64,000 nucleotides of DNA from Octopus sinensis (lineage: Eukaryota), in NCBI RefSeq assembly GCF_006345805.1, contig NC_043003.1:6572001-6636000 (forward strand). Reading direction: 5' to 3'. Positions 41,060 through 54,364 of this stretch are shown here, piece by piece. Under the pieces are notes generated by a model. It had not been told where the DNA came from and ran no database searches. It was given only the letters and a program-made list of their open reading frames with translations. Both the position numbers and the translations under genes were made by a program. Numbering within the stretch: position 1 is the stretch's first letter; the number at the start of each line of letters is the position of its first letter.

Positions 41060-42418
41060 TAAATTATATTTCGGTCAGAGTTCTTTCGTCACACTTCTGT
41101 GACCTCATCAGTGGTCCTTTCCTTTCTTCTTTCTTTCTTGTGTTTCTCCTTCCTAACGATCTGCCATTTTGTATTCCTGTTGTATGTGTCTTTATTTGCG
41201 CATGCGTATATCTCTGTGTGTGTGTTTATGTTTAGTAAGCCTGTATTATCAGTATCCCCTGTTTATACAAGTTCGTTTAATTTAATTTAATTTATTTTAC
41301 TTATTTGTTTTATCTTCTTATTTTTCATTTCTTCTTTTTTGTATTAATTTAATTTAATTTAATTTAGTTTAATTCATTATATTTTGTTTATGTATTTAAT
41401 TATTTAATACCATTTATTTATCTGTCTTTTGTATTAGTTTCATTATTATTTAGTTTATGGGGACCTTATTCTGTCATAGGTTGTGGTGTGGCGGGTGCTA
41501 GTGTTGCATTCTAGTTTTCTGTTTAGGTTAGGTTGAATTTTGACCGGCTTTCTACCTCGTACCAAAGTGGCGAAGGAAAATATCTTGTTCCCTTTAAATC
41601 TTAAGATTTTTATAGTCCTAGATATCGTGATCATTTAAAATGAACGAATTAAGAATTTGCGTTCTCTCGCCAAAAATCCACTTACACTTGGTAGCTGTTA
41701 TGATTTTTAAGTTCCACCAATATTGAGACCCATTGGCTGTTATGATTTTTAAGTTCCACCAATATTGAAACCCATTGGCTGCGGTACAGTCAACATCGTC
41801 TGTTTGGGGTTTTCTTTTTTGCTATCCTGTTCCAGACTGTTCTGGCCATTTGTCATGCCTCACGAGAAGATAATATCTCGAAGACATTCTCTCGCAGTTG
41901 GCAATAACGTGGTGATGTCTGTGGTCTTGGTCTTCAACAACCTATATTTGTTGCCTGTCAATGTTTTCTGCTGTCAATGCTGTAGGTACATGGTGGGAAT
42001 CTCATGAACTGCCTTGGAAGTGAGACGTTAGAAATTTGTCGGTGTTCCATACCAAACTTCTGACATAATCAGCTCTTTCTGTGGTTTGTGATTTTCGTTC
42101 CAAGTCTCCATTTAATGTCTTCACGGTGAACAGGGCTATTTTTATATATCCATTATGAATGTACATACAGATATACATACATAGATATATGTATGCATGC
42201 ATGGATGTGTGTGTGAATAGGAAATGGAGAATATATGACAAAAGAATGTGACCGTTAATGGTAAAATGTAACCATGGATGGGTGAATGCAGCCAGGGAGG
42301 GCTACGATTGGTTGAATCTCGGCCTGAATACAATAGCGAATATATATGAAGCAACGTGCGTGTAAGCTTAGGCTAGACACACAGACAGAACGAGAGTGTA
42401 GACGCTGACGGCAAACTT

Positions 42419-42450
<32 letters not shown>

Positions 42451-42455
42451 TATAT

Positions 42456-42507
<52 letters not shown>

Positions 42508-42704
42508 TATACATGCATACATACATGCATACTAGATATATATCATTATATATATTATATATAATATATATAGATATATAATTATAGATATATATATACT
42601 CATGCATACAACATGCATACATATAATATATTATATATATATATATATACATATACATGCATACATACATGCATATATATAATACACATTATACATATAC
42701 ATAT

Positions 42705-42747
<43 letters not shown>

Positions 42748-42748
<1 letters not shown>

Positions 42749-43910
42749 TAGCTGAATGACCCGCGTTGCTCGAGTTACTGTTCTTATTCAGATTAGTAAA
42801 CAATTAATATAAAGATATATTCTCATAATTATTTCAAAATATCAATATTTTATTAATAAAATATCTAAATTGTAATCATGATAGAATTTCGAACCGAGAA
42901 TCTGTCAATCTTGAAGCAGCTTAGGTTAACAGTATTCATTGTGTAATTTATTTGTTGGTGTCGGAATGAATAAAATTGTTCCTGCTTCCATGTCGCGAGC
43001 AAGCAACATAGAGCTGACAGTTGGCGAAGCATGTAGGAGAGAGATCGAGTCCAACTACCTTGAGAGATTGACCGTGAGATTTGTTAATTGAAATACCAAA
43101 ACTTAGTTTGACTGGAAACTGAAGTGTCTTTAATTCAAATGGAACATTTATAGGTATGAGGGGAATTTTGGGAATAAAGACAGCTTCTCCTTTGTGACTA
43201 CCTGTTATGATTGTTGCCGTATGACATGGGGCCTCATGGAAGTAACGCTTAAGCGAGTTCCATTACAAAGGTGAGATGGGCCAAGATTCCTAAGCAACAA
43301 AATGGGAGCACCCAGTTTTAGTGTCAAGTTATGCCGTGGCATCCCAGTGGGTTTGAGTGTGTTCAGAAATACAACAGGGAATCGAACGGCCTGATCTTGA
43401 TCGGTTTTTGTCAGTTGATCGAAAAGTCATTTCTGATGTATTTGTTAACTTTTGAAGAAGTTCATGATTGGGTTTATCAACCATTTCATTCGTTGGAACT
43501 AGTAAAGCTCTTTCACATAACCAGTTTACATTAGTGTAATTGACAGATAAAATAGGAAGTACTTTATCCCTAAGATCTCTATGAGAAAGCATCATTTGAT
43601 CGCATGCAATTTCATGTAGATGAAGTCTTGAGTTGGATATCCCATTAGCAATCTTAAGAAGCTCATATGATTACCTTGTAAAAGTACTCTGATGTTGCTT
43701 ATAAGATGAAGTTTTTTCCCAAATAATGAGTCACGTTTGTTGGGAACTGTTGCCATTGCAGAATTTTGGGAAATGTTGCACATTTGAGATTCTTTCATTG
43801 CAAGCGGAAATGAAAGCTTTAGCGGAAGCTTGAACATGGAATGAGCAGTTCTTCCCCCACTTTTGAGAGGGGATAGCTACAATACCAGACGATGCAACTC
43901 TGGAAGAAGT
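42748..43910 (-). mobile_element. Second, more decayed Helitron 3' fragment (PIF1 helicase remnant plus 3' hairpin and CTAG)
   Basis: CTAG at 42748-42751 next to (TA)n, with subterminal hairpin ACCCGCGTTGCTCGAGT. Translated remnants on -: ASSGI..GGRTAHSMFKLPL, NWLCERALLVPTN, LQFPVKLSFGISINKSHGQSL, QLYVACSR. Confidence 0.85.
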
Positions 43911-44281
43911 TTAGATTTTATTTCCTCCCATTTAGGACTGCAGGTAAAAGAAACAAAAAGATCTGGTTTTCCATATGACCTAATATATGCCATAGCATTT
44001 TGTGTTCGAGCATATATCAAGGACCGCCTGTGGATGATAATGGGAGGATTATAAGTTGCCCCGTGTTTTGAATATCACCATCCGTCCTCAGAGCATCTTG
44101 GAGATTAACCTAATTTTCAGCCCTTAACTTTTTTTGATTGTTACGAATGTAGAGGAGACGCTCTAGAAAAATTGAACCCCAAGATTCATCATAGAGGGGT
44201 TCAATTTTTGCTTGATGAGTCAACTTTGGCATGCTGGAACCACAAAGTAGAAACTGTTGTAAGAGTAGAGTTGTATTAATT

Positions 44282-44312
<31 letters not shown>

Positions 44313-44382
44313 ACTATGACTGTAATTAATAAATAGATCTTGCTGACGTTGTCAATTGAATATCTTCTCCATTTTCTTCCTG

Positions 44383-44464
<82 letters not shown>

Positions 44465-44498
44465 CATTAATATATATAACATATATACATATATATAT

Positions 44499-44539
<41 letters not shown>

Positions 44540-44543
<4 letters not shown>

Positions 44544-44764
44544 TACACGTTTCAATCATTTGACTGTGACCATGCTAGAGCACCGCCTTTAGTCGAAAAA
44601 ATCGACCCCAGGACTTATTCTTTGTAAGCATACTACTTATTCTATCCGTTTAGTTTGCCGAACCACTAAGTTACGGGAACGTAAACACACCAACCTCGGT
44701 TGTCAAGCAATGGTGGGGGACAAACGCAGACACAAAGAGACACACATACATAAATATATATATA

Positions 44765-44795
<31 letters not shown>

Positions 44796-44970
44796 GATAT
44801 ATACATACAACAGGCTTCTTTCAGTTTCCATCAACAAATCCACTCAGAAGGTTTTGATCGGGCCGAGGGCATCAGAGAAGACACTCACCCAAAGTGCCAC
44901 GCAGTGGGACTGAATCCGGAACCTTGTGGTTGGGAAGCAAGCTTCTCGCCACACAGCCACGCCTGCGCCT
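44540..44970 (-). mobile_element. tRNA-derived SINE, family C; related heads at 10418-10527 (+) and 39850-39985 (-)
   Basis: GGCGTGGCTGTGTGG...GGTTCCGGATTCAGTCCCACTGCGTGGCAC head, an internal microsatellite, and a conserved tail. Confidence 0.8.
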
Positions 44971-45130
44971 TCCACACCGCCAAGCTGGAGGGGAGTGATT
45001 CGCTCCCTAACTCACAATATATCGGACACAGGTTGTGTTAACCAGATGGGGAAAGACTTATACCTGAGAATAAAATGTAGTGACACAGTTCTGTGTAGAA
45101 CAGCCATGTTATAGTGGCAAAAAATGTTAC

Positions 45131-45168
<38 letters not shown>

Positions 45169-45169
45169 C

Positions 45170-45208
<39 letters not shown>

Positions 45209-45595
45209 TGATGTATACAGACCACCATGTTCTATATAATTATACTGCGGTGAATGCAAGTGCATATATAAACATGTCTAGATGTTTATGTAAGATACTG
45301 AAGCTGTATTTCGCTTCGGTATTCGTCGATCATTCAGCGAGAGTTTGAAAACTTTTCATCACGTGACCAGTGAAGAATTTTTCCGAACTACTTTTTCTGA
45401 AATGTTGAATATTTTGTTCCATGTTTCAAATCCTGTTCACATACACACACACACACACGCTGACACTAACACACTGACACATACACACTGTTACATACAC
45501 GCACACACACTCACATATATATATACATACACACACACATACTATATACCTACGTATAATATACGTGTGTACGTGTATATATATACATATATCGT

Positions 45596-45669
<74 letters not shown>

Positions 45670-45822
45670 CCAAGAACACTCCCCTTATCCACACACACAT
45701 GTACAGTGCGTGTTGACTAATATCAGATAATACATTTAGATATGTTAATGAGGGAAGAAATATGGCGGGTTGTGTGATGATTAGATAAGAGTGGGGGCGG
45801 AGGAGGAGGAGGAGAACCTAAC

Positions 45823-45872
<50 letters not shown>

Positions 45873-45964
45873 AGGCTGTTGTAATGTAGTGTCAGAAAGC
45901 TAATAACAAGGTGTTGAAACGTTGTTAGATATTGAGTCATCTTCAACACACAAACGCACAAATA

Positions 45965-46158
45965 TACTCTCTCTCTCTCTCTCTCTTTTTCTCTCTCCTC
46001 TCTCTTTCTCTCTCTCTTTTTCTCTCTCTCTCTTTTTCTCTCTCTCTTTCTCTCTCTCCATCTCTCTCTCCATCTCTCTCTCTCTCTCTCTCTCACTTTC
46101 TCTATCTCTCCATCTCACACTCTCTCACTTTCTCTCTCTCTCCATCTCTCTCTCTTTT

Positions 46159-46190
<32 letters not shown>

Positions 46191-46330
46191 CACCTCTCTC
46201 TCCTCTCTCTCTCCTCTCTCTCTCCATCTCTCTCTCTCTCTCTCTCACTTTCTCTATCTCTCCATCTCTCACTCTCTCACTTTCTCTCTCTCCATCTCTC
46301 TCTCTTTTTCTCTCTCTCTCTCTCTCTCTC
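45965..46330 (+). repeat. (CT)n polypyrimidine tract with higher-order duplication
   Basis: The CACTTTCTCTATCTCTCCATCTC unit occurs twice within the tract. Confidence 0.9.
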
Positions 46331-46712
46331 ATGTACATACGTATACATGTCAATATAACTTAGAATAACTTAGAAAGGTTTTGGCCAGTATTGGCCCAGG
46401 CCACGTCTAACTTAATAGCACTTATATTACACATATATCAGTTAGACAGATTGGTGCTCAAATATACACAAACATGTGTACATAAACACACACACACATA
46501 TACATAAGTCTGTGTAAATGTGTATGTATGCATGCTTGTATGTCTGCCTGTATACATGTATATAAATGTAGATATGTGTGTATATATATATATACATGCA
46601 TAAATATCTGTGTGCGCATATATCTATATTCATCTGTTTCTATCTCTGTCACTCTCTCTTTCTCTCCACCCCTCTCTCTCTCTCCATATATATATATAAT
46701 ATAATATAGATA

Positions 46713-46754
<42 letters not shown>

Positions 46755-46998
46755 TATATATTATATGTATATATATATTTCTCTCCTTGTTTCTCTCCTT
46801 GATTTTTTTCTGTGTCCCTTTCTGTAGAAGAGCGTAGGTTCGAACGTAAAATATTTTTCTATTCCTGAGCGTTATACTAATAGGTGCCGGGATCCTATTA
46901 GGGGTGAGTGTCGAAACTATATATATATATATATATAGTTTCGCACACCACCCCTAATAGGAGCCCGGCACCTTCAGGCTCTGGAAAAGCCGAATCCA

Positions 46999-47051
46999 GA
47001 GCCTGAGGAAGTTGGGCTCCCGTTAGGTGCCTACGAAACCTTACGTAGCAC
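46999..47051 (+). ncRNA. Hammerhead-like motif in a fold-back cluster
   Basis: GAGC-CTGAGGA-agttgggctcc...ggtgcctac-GAAAC-cttac-GTA-GCAC; stems are imperfect. Confidence 0.45.
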
Positions 47052-47315
47052 GGAAACTTAATCAAATTGCTTAAAATAAATCATGTAACTCTTACTAAAT
47101 GAGTTGAGTGCCCTTTTCCTTCGTTTGTCCAATCACGCGTATAATATATATATATATATCCTTGTCTCTCTCCTTGTTTTTTTCTGTGTCCCTTTCTGTA
47201 GAAGAGCGTAGGCTCGAAACGTAAAAGACTTTTCCTATTCCTGAGCGTTATACTAATACATCTGTTTATTTTGTGCACCACCTGTCTTCGTCTTTTGTTT
47301 TTTCATAAACTCTCC

Positions 47316-47381
<66 letters not shown>

Positions 47382-47594
47382 ATGTATGTATGTATGTATG
47401 TATGTATGTATGTATGTATGCATATATATATATATATATAAATAATATGAGGGGTTTAGTTCAGTTGTGATCTAAGCGAATTGGTACGTTGTGTAAGTGC
47501 TATAATTGAGTCATCCGTTAGGTTTCAAGTTCACGGCTGAGGCAGGAGCTAGGGATCCGTAGTAGGCTTCCGAGTTAACAGGTATACATTAGAG

Positions 47595-47980
47595 GAAAAG
47601 GGCATCAAAAACCAAGGCAGGACAGGTATCTCAAGTCATTTATAATGATTTAATTGGGTTAAGGTGAATTTGAAGACCTACTGGGGGTATCCCAAGTGAT
47701 AGGCTAGCATGTCCGTACACTGGATATTCCGTCACAAGACACAAGGTGAGAATGTATGAAAGTTCTTCATTCGTTATAATCTGTGGATTTTCCTGTCTAG
47801 AACTTACATGCATACTCACCTTGTCTCTGATGATGGAATACCCAGCGTACGGACATGCTAACTTATCACTTGGGATATCCCAGAAACGGCTGTAAGACTT
47901 CAAACTAACCTTACCCTAATTAAATCATTATAAATTCCTTGAGACACTCGTCCTGCCTTGCTTTTTGATGTTCTTTTCCA
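47595..47980. repeat. Inverted repeat carrying a hammerhead in the right arm
   Basis: 47595-47760 is the diverged reverse complement of 47808-47980. Confidence 0.8.
47823..47898 (+). ncRNA. Type I hammerhead ribozyme motif
   Basis: GTCT-CTGATGA-[stem II TGGAATACCCA/TGGGATATCCCA]-GAAAC-GGCT-GTA-AGAC. Intact core, stem I GTCT/AGAC, and a short near-palindromic stem III. Confidence 0.75.
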
Positions 47981-48129
47981 CATGTGTGTGTGTGCATGTG
48001 TGTTTATATGCATACATATGTATATGTATAGACATGTCCATAAATACATAAATATACACATTCATACACACACATACATCACTACTTATCTACATACATA
48101 CACACATGTACATACATGCATACATACAT

Positions 48130-48745
48130 AGGAAATCCCAAACCTGTGCATCAATGTTCTCCCTTGTTTCACACAAAGAAAGCTCCAAATACCTCGGCAT
48201 AGATCAAAAACATATAACATACGACGGTGCAGTCAAAAAAGATTGAGAAAACTGAGAACATTATTCTGCAAATTCCCATCAAAACTTCTACCAAGGGCAA
48301 ACTTAAGCTGGTTGGGTTATTGTTGCTTGGAACAGACAAGAAACGGTATGAACCGTCATACAGGTCAGTCCTCTTGCTGATGTGAATATCTCTTTGGAAA
48401 ATCAAAGAGAAATAGGATAACTATGGAGAACTGCTCCGAAAACTCCTACTTCTTTCTACATCCGGATTATCAATTCAGATTTATATCACTAATAATCGCT
48501 GCTCTTGGTTTTGTGAGTAAATGCCTAGGTGACATACATACAAACATGCATACATACATACATACATACATACATACATACATACATACATACATACATA
48601 CATTCATTCATACATACATTCATACATACATACAAAAATACCCTGTTGTTGATGCTGAAATTCCAATGAAGGAGTCTTGGATTTAGGTTAGAAACCGGTT
48701 CTTACTGTATTGGCAAAAAATCTTGAAATAAACGTAATAATGACA
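48130..48745 (+). mobile_element. Decayed LINE 3' fragments related to 10527-11655
   Basis: Shares ATTCCCATCAAAACTT, ATATCTCTTTGGAAAATCAAAGA and GTAAATGC segments, plus a similar (CATA)n-terminated tail. Confidence 0.6.
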
Positions 48746-49442
48746 TACATACATACATACATACATACATACATACATACATACATACATACATACATAC
48801 ATACATACATACATAAAGTTCAATAAAAGCCAAACACTACAGTCCCTGTATTTATTGAAATTTTCAAGATTTGTATTTGGAATTTACGTTACAAATATAA
48901 CGAAATTGTTTCATTGTTAGTTTTGACTAACCTACAAACAAATATTTACATGTGCTTCTATGGGGTCCACAGATGATAAGATAGCTCCCAGGGGATCCAC
49001 AAGCAAAATAAGGTTGGGAACACATACCCTATATCTTAGTTTACCTTATCTAGAAACTAAAACCTAGAAACTTCAACTCTGGTTAAAATTTGGGCTCCTA
49101 CCATTTTATTAATTTAAATTTTAAAACCCGAATAATCAGGTCAACCTGAGGTTACAACTAATTTTCAACAACTTTAATTTGACATCATTCCATTTAAAGC
49201 AACAAAATTTCTAAATCTATCAATATTTATATCCTGATAAGAGCTTTCATGACGTTTATCATATTAATAAAAATAGGATCCTTTCACTATCTAGGTAAAA
49301 AAAAAAACTGAAAATTACTGTCTTCGACTGACCCATATCCATGAAAAGCCCATATCAAATTTCAACATAATGGTTAGAGAATATCTAACCTAAATACAAT
49401 GTTAATATGGTAATAGGGGCTGACCCATCCTTGTGACTGTCC

Positions 49443-49495
<53 letters not shown>

Positions 49496-49669
49496 TCTAC
49501 TAAGTACTACTCCCTCACTTTCTCCCGCCCCCTTATAACCTGCATTCCCCTGTTTTCTATTCTACTTGAACATCCCAATCTTCCCCCCACATTCCCCACT
49601 CAATAGCTTTCCCCCAAGTACTCTACTTGTTACTTCCAGGAATGGGTTGGACGAAAGTAGCAGTAATTT

Positions 49670-50018
49670 TCTTGGGTCATTCAATTTATCTCAATTGATC
49701 AATAGACCAATTGATTAAACCTATCGGTTATGTACCTACAACGATTACTGGAAACAGCTGTAAAGCAAATTTGCTCTAATAAAGGAATGTTATGTAATGA
49801 CCATTATTTCTAAATATCACTCTGTAAAACCAGTTTTGTCTGAAGCCCATCCACGGATTTACAATAAAGAATTGTGATGAACCATAACTTGGGACCCTAC
49901 CAAAAGATTACTTTTTAGTTCTTCACTAATCTAAGTAATTTTGTTAGCCTGGTGCGCCATCAGAGAGCTCCTGAAGTATTTTGTCCGGATTGGTAACCCC
50001 TCACTATTTGTTCCGTTA
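49670..50018 (+). repeat. Second copy of the 3509-3871 repeat, ending in (TA)n
   Basis: High similarity to the reverse complement of 3509-3860; retains GAAACAGCTGTA. Confidence 0.75.
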
Positions 50019-50317
50019 TATATATATATATATAAATTGGAAACACGTGTCGTTATTCTACCAAATATATACGTTTTTATTATTATTTTGCAATTTACTT
50101 AATCATCGGTATATTATTGTTATTTTAATTTTAATATTTCTAGTATGTGTAATTTTCTAGATGGTGTAATTTAATTGTTCATTTTGAATTGATAAAAGGT
50201 GGGTTTTTTTTCTAATTTATAAATATATATATATTATATTTTGTAAAATTTGATTTAGTATTTCTAAATTGAATTTTTCCCTGTAAGTTAGGAATAATAT
50301 TCCCTCAAATATATTAT

Positions 50318-50360
<43 letters not shown>

Positions 50361-50558
50361 ATATATGTTTGTATGTAGTATGTATGTATGTATGTATGTA
50401 TGTATGTATATATATATATGCATATATGTATGTGCGTATATATATATATCTATATACATAACACATACACACACACACACACTTGCGCATGTGTATGTAT
50501 TTGTATGTTTCTGTGTTACAATTTATTAATCCATGGCTTTTGTTCTCTCTACTTGCAG

Positions 50559-52267
50559 GTTGGTTTGCCATTACCCAGGAACATTCGACAGCCAAATCAC
50601 AGATGATCGCCCAAAAAGTAGTGCCTTGTAAATATGTAGAGAAATTGGCTCGGACCAAAGCCAGCCGGTTTTTGATTGCCGGAACGGATAAAATCAAAGC
50701 TTTACAAGTAATTAACAGAGAAGGCAGCAATGTTGACTTCGAGCAGCGAATGCTTTTCCCTGGAGACATTCTTCAGAAGGGACGTGTATTTACAGGCAAG
50801 GCCAAAATAAAACGGAAAGGTATTTTGCGAAAGACTAAATATGTGGAAGAGAATTTCCTTATGAGTACCGATGATATGGATCGTGAATTAATGCTTCCAA
50901 TCTCCCAGAAAGGGACATTTTACCAGGTTGGTCCTTTAAGTAAACCATTAATTTTACAACTCGAAGATCTGCTTAAAGAAACATCTTGTCCGTGTGTGGT
51001 GAAGCTGGTGTACGGTAAAGAACCAGCGACGCCTTGTTCGTTTACTGGGACATTAGTATTGAAGAAATCTTTCGAAGACACAACAATTATAGCTTCGACT
51101 ATTCTAAACAAAAAGAACATTCTCATGGAAGTTCCCGTGTTTTGTCCGCTAAAATATTACGTGGCCGAAAACAACAGCGAGCTGACCGGAAACTGTAACT
51201 ATCAGGCAGCCATAAGACTGTGTAAAGAGAAGGCACACATCTACGCCAGGGACATGAAAGTTCTGTATAGTTTCCCTTCTGATGTCAAAGAGGCAATCTA
51301 CACAAACTGCATCAGCGAGCGCCCCCATGCGGCGTTACCGGACCCACCAAATTCTTCGACCATTTACGCCCATCCTCGTTCGTTCGAACATAAAAGCGAG
51401 GCGGAGATCGAAGACGGTAACTATCAATCAATGACCTGGATTAACAAGAACAAACCTCTCTTACCAACACCCAGCAAACAATTCGAGGTCATTGAGAACA
51501 ACTACATGACTCTACCCGTGTACAGGAATAAAATCCAGCAGCAGCAGGGGGATGACTGGGTACCCGGCCATAACAATATAAATATTAGTCAGGAAGATAA
51601 CGCCGATTTATCGAACTGGCGAATATCGTCCGTTGATTGTTTTGAGACGGAATCCTTTTACCATAACCAGGACTGCAATGATTTGGGTGTCGAATCCCCG
51701 TTGCCACAAAAAGCCAGTCCGAAAAGGCGCACTTCGGGTTCGTCTTACAGTGGTTCCTCGGGTGGTAACACTGATTACGAAGACGTTGAATACGCCAACT
51801 TGGAGGACCTCAAAGAACTCTCCCAGTATCTGGACAGCGAAGCAAGTAGCGTGGCCGGAAGCGGAAGTGATCTGGTAAAAGAAAATAAATTCCCTTCAGA
51901 AGAAAATATTTTATATTCCGATGAAAACAACGAGGATGATTTGCCGCTAGGAGCGTCGTTGTCGACTTACGGAGTAGAACCGTCATCTCGAATTTCCAAT
52001 TCGTCTTCGGGGGATTCCGGTGTGCGGGACATCATAAACAGTAAAGCTGAACACATTATCGGAATGTCAATCCGAGATTTATCGTCTGCCATGGAGAAAC
52101 TAGGAATACGACAAGAAATTAGAGAAAAAATGATATCAGAGAAAATAGACGGAACCCTAATGACACAATTGGACAAAGACGCATTGGAGTGTATTCCAGG
52201 GATCCGGAAACTTGAAGTGACCAAACTGGCAATGTTTATTAAAGGATGGAGACCCACTGAACAATAA
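50559..52267 (+). CDS. GAREM-like: Coding exon 2 (terminal) of the GAREM-like CABIT/SAM adaptor; spliced protein 693 aa
   Basis: Polypyrimidine tract plus TTGCAG acceptor at 50553-50558, then a long non-repetitive ORF to TAA at 52265-52267. CABIT-like segment (LPISQKGTFY, CPCVVKLVYG), Tyr/Pro-rich linker, and a C-terminal SAM-like domain ending EKIDGTLMTQL...KLAMFIKGWRP, closely resembling the GAREM/FAM59 C-terminus. Confidence 0.9.
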
Positions 52268-53677
52268 GTCCTTCCGATCAAATAGACTCGAAACTGTTAT
52301 TTCAAAGGGACAATCTCTAATTAGATATTCTAATTATACATCTGTAATTATATATTTTAATTGGACATTCCAAACAAACATTGTAAACAGTGTATATAAG
52401 ATGCTGGCGGTTTCAGGGCCCTTTCCACCTCAAAGAACTTTCGACTAAAGAGGATGTATATTATACCAAGCCCTCAAAAAGAAAAAAAGGGGGCTTTGGA
52501 CTCAAGTTATGTTTAGACCTTAAAGGGACCTTAAGGACCTTAAGACGATGTTTGTGTCAAGACCAGATTGGTTGCCTTAATACCTTGTGAAGGCGAAACA
52601 CTGCCCCTGCCCTCTCTTTGCATTGTTGATTCTTGTTTAGTGAAAAATATTTTAGTAAAATTATTTATAAATGATTGTAAAAAGTGTGTAAAAATATGTG
52701 TGTGTACCTATATGCATGTATGTATGTGCGTGTGTGTGCGCGACCGTGAGCGTATGCGTGTGCGTGTGTGTGTATGTAGAAAGGTATTTTTAAGTATATA
52801 TATGTGTGTATATACATATATATATATGAAAATGAAATTGGAAAATTTTTGGGTATTATTTAGTTATTTATTCACCATTCCACATGTTTCATTTGCTAAT
52901 AGAAGTTATGAAAATTTACATGTAATAGAAAACATGTAAGGTATCTCCTATTAGAAATTAGACGCAGAATAAAATATAATTCTATCTGAAGAATTTCTCG
53001 TGGTTCTTTACGTACTGAGTGCAAATTCCTTCGAGGTCGACTTCGCCCATTCCACCCTTTCGGGGGTCCATAAAATAAAGGGCTCGTCAAGAAGTGGATC
53101 CAAGTACTCACTCCTTATCTCAACACTGTTGGCCTTGTGCTAAAATTAGAATACATATATATATATAAAATTTGTTCGCTCGCTCATTCATATATGTAGA
53201 TATATATATGCATATATATGTGTGTGTGTGTGTATAAATATATATATGTATGTATATATATAAATAAATATATAAATATATATATATTTATGTATATATA
53301 TATAAATATAAATATGAGCGGGCGAACAAAGTAAACTCGGTCGCACTCGAAGCATAGTTGCAGAGAAACAAAGCACTGACTTAGTTTCTCGTGTTACTTA
53401 AAGTTTCGTGTACTTGAAAGGATGTTTTTCTCGTCCACTTAACTTTAACATAAGCGGCTCAGCTACATGTATATAACAGTGTGTATGTGTGTGTCTATGT
53501 GTGTGTGTTTGTGTGTGTATACATACGCACACACACACACACACACACACACATGTATATGCTTCAATACACACCTCTATATACATTCATACGCACGCGT
53601 ACGTATAATGACCATGCAAGTGAATGTAAGCATGTGTGCCTGTGCGTATGCATGTTCTTGTGTGTGTGTGTGTGCTG

Positions 53678-53722
<45 letters not shown>

Positions 53723-53972
53723 CAATAGACTTTAGTTACAAATGTTTCTGAATGAAAACCTACTCCACCCCAACCCGTACCATCACAAAACGCCCACACA
53801 ACACACACACACCACACAGGGTTTCTAGCGAGAGAAAGAGAGAGAGACCCAAACAAAATGGTGGTCTTTACAGAATTATTTTTCTTTAATTTATTATCCC
53901 AGCCACTATTGTATGAATACTCCCATCGACAACCTACCACCACCAACAGCCAGAACATTATTATTATTATTA

Positions 53973-54032
<60 letters not shown>

Positions 54033-54364
54033 CATTATCGTTGTTGTTGTTATTGTTATTATTATTGCTATTCACGTGATTGAACGCGTAAATCACGTGA
54101 TGTTTACCATATTGAATAAATTCTGAGACTTTTCAATGAAATATGTTATTAATATTGCTGCTGCATTTGCTGCTGCTGTTGTTTTTGTTGTTTAATTCCA
54201 TTTCAGTCAGGTTTCTATCATCCAAAAAGCTCCATCAATCACCATTCTGTGGTGCTTTTTTCTTTTTTTTTTTCACAAATATTGTTCTCTGCCTTCCACA
54301 ATCGAATGCCTTTTTTTTTTTTTTGCATACTTTCTCTTTGGAGACGATTGGTGCCTTTCCTCAG

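Noticed and set aside
50483-50558. N-terminal extension of the 594-aa ORF (MRMCMYLYV...)
   Set aside because: Intronic microsatellite and polypyrimidine tract upstream of the acceptor at 50558.
52968-52973. AATAAA as the poly(A) signal of the gene
   Set aside because: The motif is common in this AT-rich DNA and lies at the edge of a decayed SINE; it cannot be assigned without transcript data.
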